Origin: Octopus vulgaris
Lineage: Eukaryota
Length of the DNA: 64,000 nt
NCBI GenBank assembly: GCA_951406725.2
Contig: OX597817.1
Location: 44,702,001 to 44,766,000 of the forward strand
Direction: 5' to 3'
Made by a program: the position numbers and the translations under genes. Each line of letters starts with the position of its first letter. Position 1 is the stretch's first letter. The notes under the pieces are model-generated. The model did not search any database. It was not told where the DNA came from and saw nothing but the letters and a program-made list of their open reading frames with translations. Positions 11,736 through 26,557 of the stretch are shown here, one piece after another.

Positions 11736-11967
11736 ATTTCTTTACTACCCACAAGGGGCTAAACACAGAGGAGACAAACAAGGACAGACAAAGGGATTAA
11801 GTCGATTACATCGACCCCAGTGCGTAACTGGTACTTAATTTATCGACTCCGAAAGGATGAAAGGCAAAGTTGACCCCGGCGGAATTTGAACTCAGAACGT
11901 AGCGGCGGACGAAATACCGCAAAGCATTTCGCCTGGCGTGCTAACGATTCTGCTAGCTCACCGCCTT
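11736..11967 (-). mobile_element. SINE family B monomer
   Basis: Near-consensus head, core and type 1 tail. Confidence 0.9.
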
Positions 11968-12581
11968 AATCGGATAAATACCGAAACCGTTTAAACGCAG
12001 ATTTTGTTTTACCAATATACAGATGTGTACACAAAAGACTCGACACTACCGTAGGATTACACGTCAGGAATTCCAAAACAGAAAGCTCGAACTACAAATT
12101 TTCATGATATCACTTAAACTCATGCGATCTTTATTCAGAACCAGACAGCATTTTAGTCTCTAAAAGCTTCGCATTTTCAGAACACCAATTACCTCAATAA
12201 TATCAAGCAAGGATAACGTGTTAATTTCTATATTCCAGCGCAGGCACTTTAATTTAACTTAATTCCTGGCCGACATCTCGCTAGCAAAATCATCGAAATA
12301 TGATAGCGCTAAAGTGAAATTTTTTTTTAGTTATAAGGTTTCTGTTTTTCTTTATTTAAATACACATACTTATATTCAAATATAGTCATTTCCCCAGAGG
12401 TTGTTTTCACAAAAATCTCATCGATATATTTAATAAATTTATACATAATTCAAGTTTTCAGACGAGGGCTTATGTTACTATATCCATAAAAAGTACGCTT
12501 CGTAGCTACAATACTTGATAGTCAACATTAATAATACTGAAATACTACAACAGAAATTTTAATGGTCAAATTTATTAATGA

Positions 12582-12972
12582 CTAGCAGTATCGCCCAGCG
12601 TTGCTCGGATTTGTCTCGACCCTTTAGAATTGGAATTTTTGAAAAGTAAACATTTTGCATTATGTAGCTTGTTATTCTCTTTAAGTGAACATTTTTTCTG
12701 GTTGAAAAACACCGAAAAATGGTGACACAGCAGTTAAAAATCGTAAAAAATCGGGATTTTCAGAGATCCCCCCCCCACCTATTTTATGTAAATAATTTTG
12801 GTGTTAACATGGTCTGATTTGAATTTTATCTACTACAGAATAAAGAGCAAGCCTTCTTTTATCATACTCTCAATTTCGGTCAATTTGCGCCGCAGGGTCT
12901 CGGAGGAGATAGTGTTAGTTGAAGGCTACCAAACCTGCCACACAAAGACAACTTCGGCTTTATATATATAGA
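12582..12972 (-). mobile_element. Complete non-autonomous Helitron (391 bp)
   Basis: On the minus strand it starts TC(TATATATATAAAG), ends with GC-rich imperfect hairpin CCGAGCAACGCTGGG followed by CTAG, and sits between A and T with no TSD. Confidence 0.85.
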
Positions 12973-13199
12973 TTAATAAATATACACGTTAACATATTCT
13001 TCGTTCTAGGCGTGGATGGAATATTCCTTCTATTGCTATAACATTCAAATAACAGTAAACATATACATATTATTTTTCTTTTTTAATTAAAGTCCTTCAA
13101 AGAGTTCAAGTCGGTTGCTAAAAAAGCGACAAGACCTCTTGAATTAAGAGAGATTCCGTTGTTTGTAAATGTGGTTGAGTTAATCCGTTGGTTGAAGTG

Positions 13200-13400
13200 T
13201 CGATGCATACACCCAAGTGTGGGCATCTATCCACATGAGAATCTCTGACGGAGCATTTCTGGAATGTCTTACAAATCCCCATCGTGCCACTTATAAATTC
13301 GATTTGGAGAATATGCGTCAGTTTCCTTTGCTCTTTTTCCGTGAAACCAAGTTTTTCTAGGTTTTTGTGCAAATTCGTTGATAGGTGAAAATCGTGGTTC
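13200..13400 (-). mobile_element. 3' fragment of an REL-type non-LTR retrotransposon (CRE-like)
   Basis: LSTNLHKNLEKLGFTEKEQRKLTHILQIEFISGTMGICKTFQK resembles the extreme C-terminus of REL LINE ORFs; clade assignment is tentative. Confidence 0.5.
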
Positions 13401-13409
13401 ATAGACAGA

Positions 13410-13590
13410 GTACAGGAGTCACAGGGAGCAAGGTCTTGATTATCGGGAGGTTGAGAGATAGGTTTGATTCCGATATCCGTCAAATAGTTAAATTACAACG
13501 ATGGAATAGTGATCTGGTGCATTGTCCTGGTGCGCAGGCCTTTTGTGGCGAAATCTCTTACTGAACATCCTCAAAACCTCCACAAATTAC
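13410..13590 (-). pseudogene. Mariner transposase fragment
   Basis: [27 protein letters not shown]...YLTDIGIKPISQPPDNQDLAPCD matches the HHDNAPxH and PYSPDLAPxD motifs. Confidence 0.8.
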
Positions 13591-13755
13591 ACACACATAG
13601 ATATATATATATATGTATGTATATGTATATACATATATATATATATACACATATATACATATATATATATATACATATATATATATACATATATATAAAC
13701 ATATATATATATATATTTATATTTGTATTTATGTATATATATATATATATATATT

Positions 13756-13813
<58 letters not shown>

Positions 13814-13882
13814 TATATACATATATTATATGTATATATATATACATATATTATATATATACATATATATATATACATATAT

Positions 13883-13950
<68 letters not shown>
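13590..13950. repeat. (TA)n-rich microsatellite
   Basis: Read directly from the sequence. Confidence 0.95.
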
Positions 13951-13951
<1 letters not shown>

Positions 13952-13954
<3 letters not shown>

Positions 13955-14170
13955 CCTTCAAAATATGACCGCGTATGTACCGTTGGCGATTTTTTCCTCC
14001 GTCTTCCCTTCTTTGGATATTTCCCTTTCCTATGTTTCTGACGAGGAGCTCCGTTCGAAACGTTAAACCCCGCTTCTTTCCTTCTTTTCTGAGCCTCCAA
14101 TAACACTATATTTGTTCCACATCCTCGCGTTGTTGTGTTTTCCCCTTGTGTTTTCATGTTTGGATTAACT
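13952..14170 (+). mobile_element. ~220-bp hammerhead-bearing element between (TA)n and (CA)n tracts
   Basis: Homologous copy on the minus strand at 46298-46500; contains the fold at 14034-14068. Confidence 0.75.
14034..14068 (+). ncRNA. Minimal type I hammerhead ribozyme fold (stem III only as a dimer)
   Basis: gttt-CTGACGA-g-gagc(tcc)gttc-GAAA-cg-TT-aaac; AACGTT palindrome replaces stem III. Confidence 0.65.
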
Positions 14171-14201
14171 ATACACACACACACACACACACATATATGT
14201 A

Positions 14202-14242
<41 letters not shown>

Positions 14243-14251
14243 ATGTACATA

Positions 14252-14293
<42 letters not shown>

Positions 14294-14506
14294 CATATAT
14301 ATTTATATTTATACATACGTACATATATGTATATACATAAACTTATCTATATATTTCTATATACATACATACACACCTACACGCGCACACAGACCCCCAC
14401 ATATTTGAGCGGACATATGTTCATATCGTACTGTTCAATGAAAAACTAGGTTGCTTTAACTTAGTACTCACGCACCGAGTAGTATGTATTAATCTATGTA
14501 TGTATA

Positions 14507-14551
<45 letters not shown>

Positions 14552-14721
14552 GTAAAAAGTGAAAAAACTACAGAAGGCTTGTTTTAAAAGGTTAAAAAAT
14601 ATATATTTGAGTTAATATGTCTGAAGAATATTATCAATTTTTTTCTATATATTCAACCACGTGCTTTCACAAACCAACTTTCTTATCTATCTATCTATAT
14701 ATATATATGTGTGTCTGTCTG

Positions 14722-14800
<79 letters not shown>

Positions 14801-15259
14801 GTCTGTCTATCTATCTATATCTATGTCTATACATTTATATATTAGCGTGTATGTGTGCATGTGTACGTGTATGTCTAAGGGTACATGTTTAATCAGATTC
14901 TGTTGCAGCAAACAAATGTCTGCATGATGCAGTCGACTTATATAATACACGGTGTATCGTAATGTACTTCCAATACCTTTATTAGTATTATCTTTTCTGA
15001 GGTAGAATAGTAATTAATTACAACGACATGTGATTGTCTGTTCAATATTCATTTCGTTTTCTTGTGGTTTTTTTTTTCACTTTTTGTTTCTTGAATATCA
15101 TTCACCGAGTAACCTTTATATTAAATACATCAGCATTTTCGTTTGTAATTGAAAAGAAAATACTTCCTAACAACCCATCACTCCCCACTGTTACCTTTAG
15201 AGCTGTCATTACTATTGTCCTCCCCACCACCATTTATATCCTTACCGCCAATAGCGTTA

Positions 15260-15820
15260 TCGCCACTACCATCACCACAACCACCACCACCACCACCATC
15301 ATCATTGCCACCACTGTCAGCACCATCATCGTAACATCATCATCGTCGTCGTCGCCATCATCATCACCATCATGGTAATCATCATCATCATCGTCATCGT
15401 CAACACCATCATGGTAATCATCATCATCATCACCATCATTTCCATACTAGCTCTACGCTCCCCTCCTCCCCTCCTCCTTTTCTCCCTCTTCCTCTTCCCC
15501 TCTTTCTTCTGCCCTTCATTTCTCCTCCCCCTCCACCTTCCCTCTAACCTCCTCCCCCTCCTCCTCCTCATCATCATCATCAACATCATCTTCATCAGCA
15601 CTACCGCTCCCACTATTACCACCGTCAACACCACCACCACTACAACCACCACCACTACCTCACCACCAACACCTCATCATAACCGAAAACACCACCACCA
15701 CCACTACCACCAGTACCAGCACCAGCACCAGCACCAGCACCAACAACACATTCACCTCTACCAGCACCAACACAACCACTACCACCACTACCGCAAGCTC
15801 TACCACAACCCCCACCACTA
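15260..15820. repeat. Degenerate trinucleotide low-complexity tract (CAC/CAT/CCT)
   Basis: Read directly from the sequence. Confidence 0.9.
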
Positions 15821-16527
15821 TCGCCCCTTCCCCCCAAAACATTTTAATGCAAATTGTAGTTATTATCATCTATATTTCTACCTCGCCTATGAATTTTTTA
15901 GTGCTACGACATCAATTTGACTAACGGGAACACATTTTCTTTTGATTTTCCAAAGCCCATAGGAACAGTCAATAGATTTAAAGAATAATTTTGTTTGCAT
16001 TACGCTATACGTTCTGAAAATTTGTTACACGTATTGTTGTAGCAGTTATTGTTTTATGACTTAGCATAATTCCATTGCTGTTCATAGAAAATGATGACGT
16101 CATAAGCTGTTAGTTAGATAGTAGAGCGTTCATTTAAATTCCGCTTTATATCATTCTTGGCTTTTAGTCACTATTGTTTTAAAAATGTTATAAGAGAGGA
16201 AACAATGGAGGATGCAGAAAATAAAGGAGAAAATGAGGGTAAGGGAAACTAAAATGTCTTTTAACGAAAGGTATCTAGTATTAATGCGCATTTTGTCACA
16301 GGAAATTGTACGATAATGTTTTCTCTAAGAGCTTGTTCTTTAAGTATACACATGAAGAGGAATCTATGAGTTGGCATATGTATAGAGATACATATATACA
16401 TATATACGTACAGACACTTATAATCGTTATGTATAAATATATGTACCTAAATATATAAGTATGTATGCATGTATACATACACATACTTTTACATAAGATG
16501 GTTTCTCTCTATACAGATGATTATATA

Positions 16528-16939
16528 GTTCTTTACTACCCACGAGGGGCTAAACACAGAGGGGACAAACAAGGACAGACAAAGAGATTAAGTCGATTAC
16601 ATTGTCCCAGTGCGTAACTGGTACTTAATTTATCAACCCCGAAAGGATGAAATGCAAAGTCGACCACGGCGGAATTTGAACTCAGAAGGTAAAGGCACGA
16701 AATACCTATTTCTTTATTGCCCACAAGGGGCTAAACATAGAGAGGACAAACAAGGACAGACAAAGAGACTATGTCGATTACATCGACTCCAGTGCGTAAC
16801 TGGTACTTTATTTATCAACCCCGAAAAGATGGAAGGCAAAATCGACCTCGGCGGAAATTGAACTCGGAACGTAACGACAGACGAAATATACGGCTACGCA
16901 ATTCGCCCGGCGTGCTAACGTTTCTGCCAGCTCACCGCC
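16528..16939 (-). mobile_element. SINE family B dimer with 10-bp TSD
   Basis: Junction at 16707/16706; TGATTATATA at 16518-16527 and 16940-16949. Confidence 0.9.
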
Positions 16940-17914
16940 TGATTATATATTTGTGAAGATGATTATATGCACAAATATATATGTGTATGCTCACACACAC
17001 ATGTAAACAGGTGTTGTATGTACATAAATATATACCTACACGTTAGTACGCATGTACGTATGTATGTATGTATTTGTTTGTGAATATGTGTGTTTATATA
17101 TGCGTGTATATGAGTAACTAGATGACTGCTGTCACATGCCGAGCTCAAACGTATTCGTGTTGGATTAACCTTTCACCTCTCCGTGGTCATCGAAATAAAG
17201 GTTATATCAATTACTGGAGAGTGGGCGGGTATCGAAGTTTTTTTTCCCACACGAGTTCCGGACCCAAGTAATGAACTCATTTCCATACAGCCTACCAGAG
17301 TCACCTTGACCTTGTCAACTTAACAAACACACTCTATCAAGTAAACTCAAGACGAAGAACGTTTTTGTTAGTCGATCGATCGCCAACTTATACCTGATTT
17401 TAGAAGGAGAAAAGTAATTAGATAGATCTGCATCTCTACCTATTATCGAATTTTGTTAGGGCTCCATATGTTAAAGATTTGGATGGGGAAATGTGGGTAG
17501 AGGGTGATGTGCTAGCAACCTTCTCCCCTTACTGTTTTACAAATTAAGCAACAAAACAAATAACTACGCAGAGGCATCCATGTTTGAAACAAGAACAAGA
17601 ACAACAATCATTATTAGAAGAGAAAAAAAGCTTGGTCGTTCCTTACACAAGTGACCTTATCTTATCGCCCATCACTTGTTATGCGCTCATAAATCAGTTT
17701 GATAGTTGAGCTCTCATTGGCTGTATGCAAATGAGTTCATAACTGGAGTCCGGAATTCGCGTGAGGAAAAATAAATTTCGCGGGCTGGTAGGGGACGTAT
17801 AATGCTTAATTCACTTCTGAAACAAATTTAAAAGCAAGACGGTCCCTATAAAGGCATTTTACTGAGAGTAGAACTGTATTTCCGACGGATTGCATCATCT
17901 TTTATGTTCTAATT

Positions 17915-18104
17915 TTACTTGTTTCTATCATAAGATCGCAGCCATGCTGGAGCAATGCATTTAAGAATGTTAGTCGTTTTCGTAAGCCTGTTACTTATTC
18001 TATCGATATCTTTCGCGAAACCGCTTCGTTGCGGGACGTAAACACATCTATGCCAGTTGTCATGCAGTGGCAACACAGACAGAAAACCACATACTCAGAT
18101 ACAC

Positions 18105-18144
<40 letters not shown>

Positions 18145-18366
18145 ACAAACACACACAAACACACACACACTCACACTCACACACCCACACACTAACACAC
18201 CCACACATATGACAAGTTTCTTTCTGTTTCCTTATAGGAAATCCACTTTAAAGTATTTGTTTGGTTCCACGCGATAGAAAAAGACACATTACCAAATTGG
18301 CACTCAGTAGGACTGAACCCGGAACCATGTGGTTGGGAAGCAACCACTCAGCTACATCCTCGCCTA
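17915..18366 (-). mobile_element. Diverged SINE family C with internal (CA)n
   Basis: Head ...CCACATGGTTCCGGGTTCAGTCC and tail GCTCCAGCATGGCTGCG match 33558-33970. Confidence 0.7.
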
Positions 18367-19387
18367 TAGTGAGAGCTAAATAAAAACAAAAATTATTTCT
18401 CAACGAGGTATAAACCAGAGCTGATTTATTACAAAAAATGTCTAAATATCTTTCAAATTACATTTTAATACCCGTAATAAGCAAAGGTCTCATTGAGTAA
18501 TTTATTTGCAGAAATACTCGTAAAGAAACGTGTGGTGACAAGGGCTGGAAGGCCTTTTTATCATAGAACTGTAACTCACTGTTTCGGCAAACAATGTCCA
18601 ATAGAGAAAAATTATTAGTCTTAAGATATAATTACTGCGGTCGATTTCTTCAACGAAACCCTTCAAAGTCGAGCTCCAGCATGGCCTGAATCTAATCGCT
18701 GAAACTATTGAAAGATAAAAGAAAATATGATCATGAAATGAAATGTTATTTATTATTAGCATTCTAGCTGCTTGTTGTTTTCTCGGATCTTCAGGTCATC
18801 ACGACTCCATTCATATACTAAGACTAATCAATCTACTAGTCCTTACCTGACATCCACAATGTACATTATATATAAAGGTAGAAATTTGTGTTGGATTAAT
18901 GCAGATTAATAAAAATAATAATTTTACAGAGCTTAAGCACTTCTCTAATTCATTCGCCAGTCAATCTCTTTCAATCTCTTTATCTCTATTGCCCTTCTTT
19001 ATTTCTCCTTTTCTTCTTGCCTATTTTAACTCCGCGTCCAAGGCTGTATATTCGCGTGTCTCTTCATCAAATGTTTCCCTACGAAGAATACACAAATATG
19101 ATGGACGCCATTCACACAGCTCCCTACGCCATATTGTGTTGTCTTTCTCTACTTAAGTACACAGTTCCCGTTTATCACGAGTTGCATGCACTCTGTGAAC
19201 CATTACAGTGGAAAATGGAAATCAATAACCTCCATTTTCCTCCTCACCATTGATGTGGTATAATTGTATTGGACGGTTTTACTTGTAGTTTTTACTTTAT
19301 TTCGTTAAAACGCCACAAGGAACAAATGAATTACGTAAAACATATGACAGTGAAACCGAACGCTATCAGCATCCTCACCTATACCCG

Positions 19388-19427
<40 letters not shown>

Positions 19428-19537
19428 GCTGCTACTGCTGCTGCTACAAATGCTGCTGCTGCTGCTACTACTACTACTCCTACTACTACTACTACACTAC
19501 TACTAATACTACTACTACTACACTACTACTACTACTA

Positions 19538-19571
<34 letters not shown>

Positions 19572-19632
19572 GCTACTACTACTGCTGCTGCTGCTGCTAC
19601 TACTACTACTACTACTACTACTGCTGCTGCTG

Positions 19633-19713
<81 letters not shown>

Positions 19714-19743
19714 CTACTGCTGCTGCTGCTGCTGCTACTACTA

Positions 19744-19784
<41 letters not shown>

Positions 19785-19795
19785 TCTCTTACTGC
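19388..19795. repeat. (CTA)n/(CTG)n compound microsatellite
   Basis: Read directly from the sequence. Confidence 0.95.
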
Positions 19796-20029
19796 TACCG
19801 ACGTCTTCTACAATCTCGTACGTTTGCTCCTCCTCCTCCTCTTCTTTCCTTTTCTCCTCATTCCTTCTCTTCATCTGTCTCCTCAACAACGTCCCCATGA
19901 CCACCACACGAATGAACAAGAAAAGAACGGCGTCACCACCTACGAAATTTAACACCGTCACCACTGCTTCAAACATATTTACAAACAATAAGAAGATACT
20001 AGTTGTAATAGTGATGCTAGTAGTCGTCT

Positions 20030-20082
<53 letters not shown>

Positions 20083-20094
20083 ACAATAATAGTT

Positions 20095-20285
20095 ATACAG
20101 TTCCATATTTAAGAGATGAGGAATTAGGTACATTATTTACATTATTTACACTATTTACTTTTGACGGATGCTTGTGCTCATCTTGTTTGTTGTTAACATT
20201 TCAGCTGATATACTCTCCAGCCTTCATCAGGTGTCTTGGGAACATTTCGAACCTGAGTTCTCATGCTTAAGTTATTTTTCGATGT
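20095..20285 (-). mobile_element. Short hammerhead-like element between (TAG)n and (TTA)n
   Basis: Minus strand: cac-CTGATGA-a-ggctgg(agagtata)tcagct-GAAA-tgtt at ~20235-20192; 3' strand of stem I is missing or degenerate. Confidence 0.5.
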
Positions 20286-20296
20286 TGTTGCTGTCG

Positions 20297-20388
<92 letters not shown>

Positions 20389-20504
20389 ATTACTACTACT
20401 ACTACTACTATTATTATTATAATCCATTCTACAATAGGCATAAGGCCGGAAATTTGAGGGGAGGGGAGAGTCAATCGCATTGACACAAATACTTGACTGG
20501 TAAG

Positions 20505-21454
<950 letters not shown>

Positions 21455-21462
21455 ATTAAAGT

Positions 21463-21970
21463 CTGATCTTAACTGATTGGAAGTGTTATCATGTACATTG
21501 TTTTGTAACTTGGTATAATAGATGGGCATACAGCAAATATTCTGCTCAATACCACAGATTTGCTTGTCAGTTGCTTGACCTTAACCAGTTGAGTATGTCC
21601 CTTAGTGGCTGACGATATGTGCATCTCTGATCACGAGCAGAAGTAGTGGGGGACATCATAGCCATGAAGGGATTCTTTGGGGTTTGAATAATTCACAATA
21701 AACATGGGTGGTTTTTTTCAACATCCTTAAACAACTTATTCAGGGACCGTTTGAGCGGGATGGGCTACTCAACCTGAAGAAGATTCTAACTGGGCCCCAC
21801 CTGCAAGGTCATGTGCTATTGTTTTTATATGAGATCACCATGTCGCGCACATATGGTTGTGATGCATGTGCCTGGTGTACCTTTATCAGACGGGTAGTCA
21901 TGATGGGTATATTGGGCTTCGTATATTTTACCCCAGTGTCACGTTGATGGCATGAACTGCTCTCTCACTC
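21463..21970 (+). mobile_element. Family D, copy 2, with TSD
   Basis: (AAT)nGAATTAAAGT duplicated on both sides (unique part 21453-21462 and 21989-21998). Confidence 0.85.
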
Positions 21971-22361
21971 AATAATAATAATAATAATGAATTAAAGTAT
22001 ATAAGAATAAAGGTAAGGGATAAATTTAACGATTAATAATACATAAGGAAAATAATGAAATATATTGATAATAAAATCAAAATTTGAATAAAAGTAATGA
22101 TACTAATAAAATAAAATACAATAAAATATTTTTTTTACAAAACATAGATATCCATTGTTTCAGTCATTTGACTGCGGCCATGCTGGAGCACCGCCTTTTG
22201 AGTACAGCAGGGATCACCACGTCTTAAATTAATTTATGTGTACGTATGGGTGTGTTTTTTGTCGGCATAAGTTTATTGAATACTAGCATGGATTTCGTAT
22301 ATGAAATGTGTGTGTGTGTGTGCCCTATATATATATATATCTTATTATTATTATTATTATC

Positions 22362-22422
<61 letters not shown>

Positions 22423-22566
22423 GGTCGACTTTGCCTTTCATCCTTTTGGGGGTTGAAAAATTAAGTATTAGTGAAACACTGGGGGTCAGGGTCAATGTAA
22501 TTGACTAGTCCCCTCCTTCAAAATTTCAGGCCTTGTGTCTATAGTAGAAATGATTATTATTATTAT

Positions 22567-22942
22567 GTTTTTTCCTTCTTTCTTCAAATTTTCTTCCGTT
22601 TCTCGCCGAGTGTTTTCCATACACCTAGGGCAGAGAAGCTCATTGTGTGCATTCCCAGATTACACATGCAAATTCACAGATAAAATATGTATTTAAAAAT
22701 TAATAAATAAATAAATTCATGGATGGATGTTGTTTTCACAGCGATAATGCTCTTCTCAGTACATGAGCCGTTCCAGTTAGTACGATCTTTTGCACTTCCT
22801 GTAGGGATGGTAAGCCTGGAATCATTTTCAAATAGGTTTCAGTACCACCTTTTTTTATCATTGCTAGAGATCCTACAATCACTGGTACTGTAGTCGCCTT
22901 GAGATGCCACATTTTTTTCAATTTCTATTAGCAGGTCTTTAT
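22567..22942 (-). mobile_element. 3' end of R4/Dong-like LINE
   Basis: KYKDLL..KMWHLKATTVPVIVGSLAMIKK...QKIVLTGTAHVLRRALSL*; flanked by (TTA)n. Confidence 0.85.
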
Positions 22943-22970
22943 ATTTTATTATTATCATTATTATTATTAA

Positions 22971-23010
<40 letters not shown>

Positions 23011-23569
23011 GCTGTTGTTGTTGCTGTTGTTGTTGCTGTTGTTGTTATTGTTATTGTTGTTGTTGTTATTATTATTATTATGGAATATTACTTTCGAGTA
23101 CACAGGAAAAATACATCCAAATTAGATGTACTAAAATGAACATCTCTCAATGTTTAATTCGTATATATAAAAATAGTTTTAGAGACAGGACCACCTTCGA
23201 CTCAATGAACACAGAAAGGTTTTATACCCGACCACTCCATAAAATTTTAAATATTAAATATTATACTAACTATATCTATTCTGAATCCCGTATTGAAAAG
23301 TGTCAGCTCTAGGAGAGAAAACCTGCGACTCTGAGAATATTCGATGATGTAGACTAGTTCTTCCTTTCGAGTTTATGTTGTCTATGTTCCGAGAGCGGGA
23401 TTGAATTTGCGCAAATCCTTTCCTCACTATGAAAAAATCAAAAAAAAAAAAATCATCACGCACAGGCATCGCTTGAATAATAAGTAAGACTTATCATAAA
23501 AATTCAGATGTGCAGGACTTACCATCAGGTGATGGCAATAATCTATCACGAGATTGCAGCCTTCATGTA

Positions 23570-23603
<34 letters not shown>

Positions 23604-23605
<2 letters not shown>

Positions 23606-24164
23606 GGTCCCGGGTTGATTCGGGGTTAACCACAGTAAGTAAGGTACTCAATACATAGCAGAGTAAAATTAATTTATTATATAGAAGGAGCTTCTACAGG
23701 ACTAGTACTGTTTCATTCAAGAGAAATCTTCAGGAAGCTATTTAACAAGAATTGTATTAGCATTTATACATTTAGGCAGGTTTAAAGGAGTGGTGGTGGG
23801 GGACTTTTTGGGGGGTAGGCATAGCGCAAAGTATCATACTTGGGGGAGTGGTCAAGGAGTCAGTGGTAAGTTAGATGAAAGAATAGATAAATAAAAAAAT
23901 AAAAAAATAAAAAAATAAAATAAAAAAATAAAAAAATAAAAAAATAAAATAAAATAAAATAAAAAAATAAAAAAATAAAAAAATAAAAAAATAAAAAAAT
24001 AAAAAAATAAAAAATATATATAAAAAAATATATATATAAAAAAACTATATATATATATAAAAAAAAAGGGGGGGATAGAGTTATAGGTAAATAAGGAGAT
24101 TCTCACTTATACCTATACACATATGTATACTTATCTACACACACATATATACACACATACATAT

Positions 24165-24211
<47 letters not shown>

Positions 24212-24513
24212 TACACACACATATACATACATATCTACATACACACATACATACACCCGCCCACATATACAAATTTATACACATGCACATGCATATACCT
24301 GTCTACACATACACACACGTATATATGCATACACTCACTCCCATGCATGCACGCATACACACATGTATATATATACCCACGACCACACATACATATATAC
24401 ACAGAAAAATATATATTTATACGCACATACACTTATGCACACACAACACACCTAGTTCCCTATATACACATATTTACACCTATATATACATACACCCACA
24501 TACACATATGTAC

Positions 24514-24547
<34 letters not shown>

Positions 24548-24635
24548 ACATATATATACATGTGTGCACATACATACATATACACACATACATACACATA
24601 CACATACACATGTGTACCTATACATACCTACACAT

Positions 24636-24690
<55 letters not shown>

Positions 24691-25009
24691 CCAATACAGG
24701 CCCATTCCTAATTTTAATTTTATTATCTTCATTTATTACTTTTGTTATCTTTGATCGCTAGAGCTAAGGGTCCTGGCTATGGCAGCATGTCCATTTGTCT
24801 GTCTACTAGAAGGCAAGTACTCATTCCCGCACGCACACTCATTAGCACGTACATTCACCCATTCGTACACTCATACACATACACGTACGCACGCATTATA
24901 TTCATACATACAAACATCTACATACGTTCACGTATATACACATACGTACTCGTACCTACAGATTCGTGTCTACACTTTAGGAGGCTAGTCTATACATATA
25001 CACCAATAA

Positions 25010-25041
<32 letters not shown>

Positions 25042-25080
25042 ACATACACACACACACATATCCTCCTACATACAGATACA
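23604..25080 (-). mobile_element. Penelope-like pseudo-LTR, inverted copy with ~70-nt 3' tail
   Basis: 23674-25072 is the reverse complement of 25087-26442 and of 30474-31880; 23604-23672 is present only here and abuts (TA)n. Confidence 0.9.
23689..23739 (-). ncRNA. Minimal type I hammerhead ribozyme fold, copy 1
   Basis: Exact reverse complement of 26377-26427. Confidence 0.8.
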
Positions 25081-25086
25081 GGAGGA

Positions 25087-26555
<1,469 letters not shown>

Positions 26556-26557
26556 GA

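Noticed and set aside
14629-14670. CTGAAGA with GAATAT/ATATTC stem as a hammerhead
   Set aside because: No GAAA or stem I; AT-rich chance pairing is likely.
15034-15920. His/Thr/Pro-rich ORFs
   Set aside because: Degenerate trinucleotide repeats open in several frames, with no domain.
19269-19988. Mucin-like poly-Thr/Ala or poly-Ser ORF
   Set aside because: Pure (CTA/CTG)n microsatellite.
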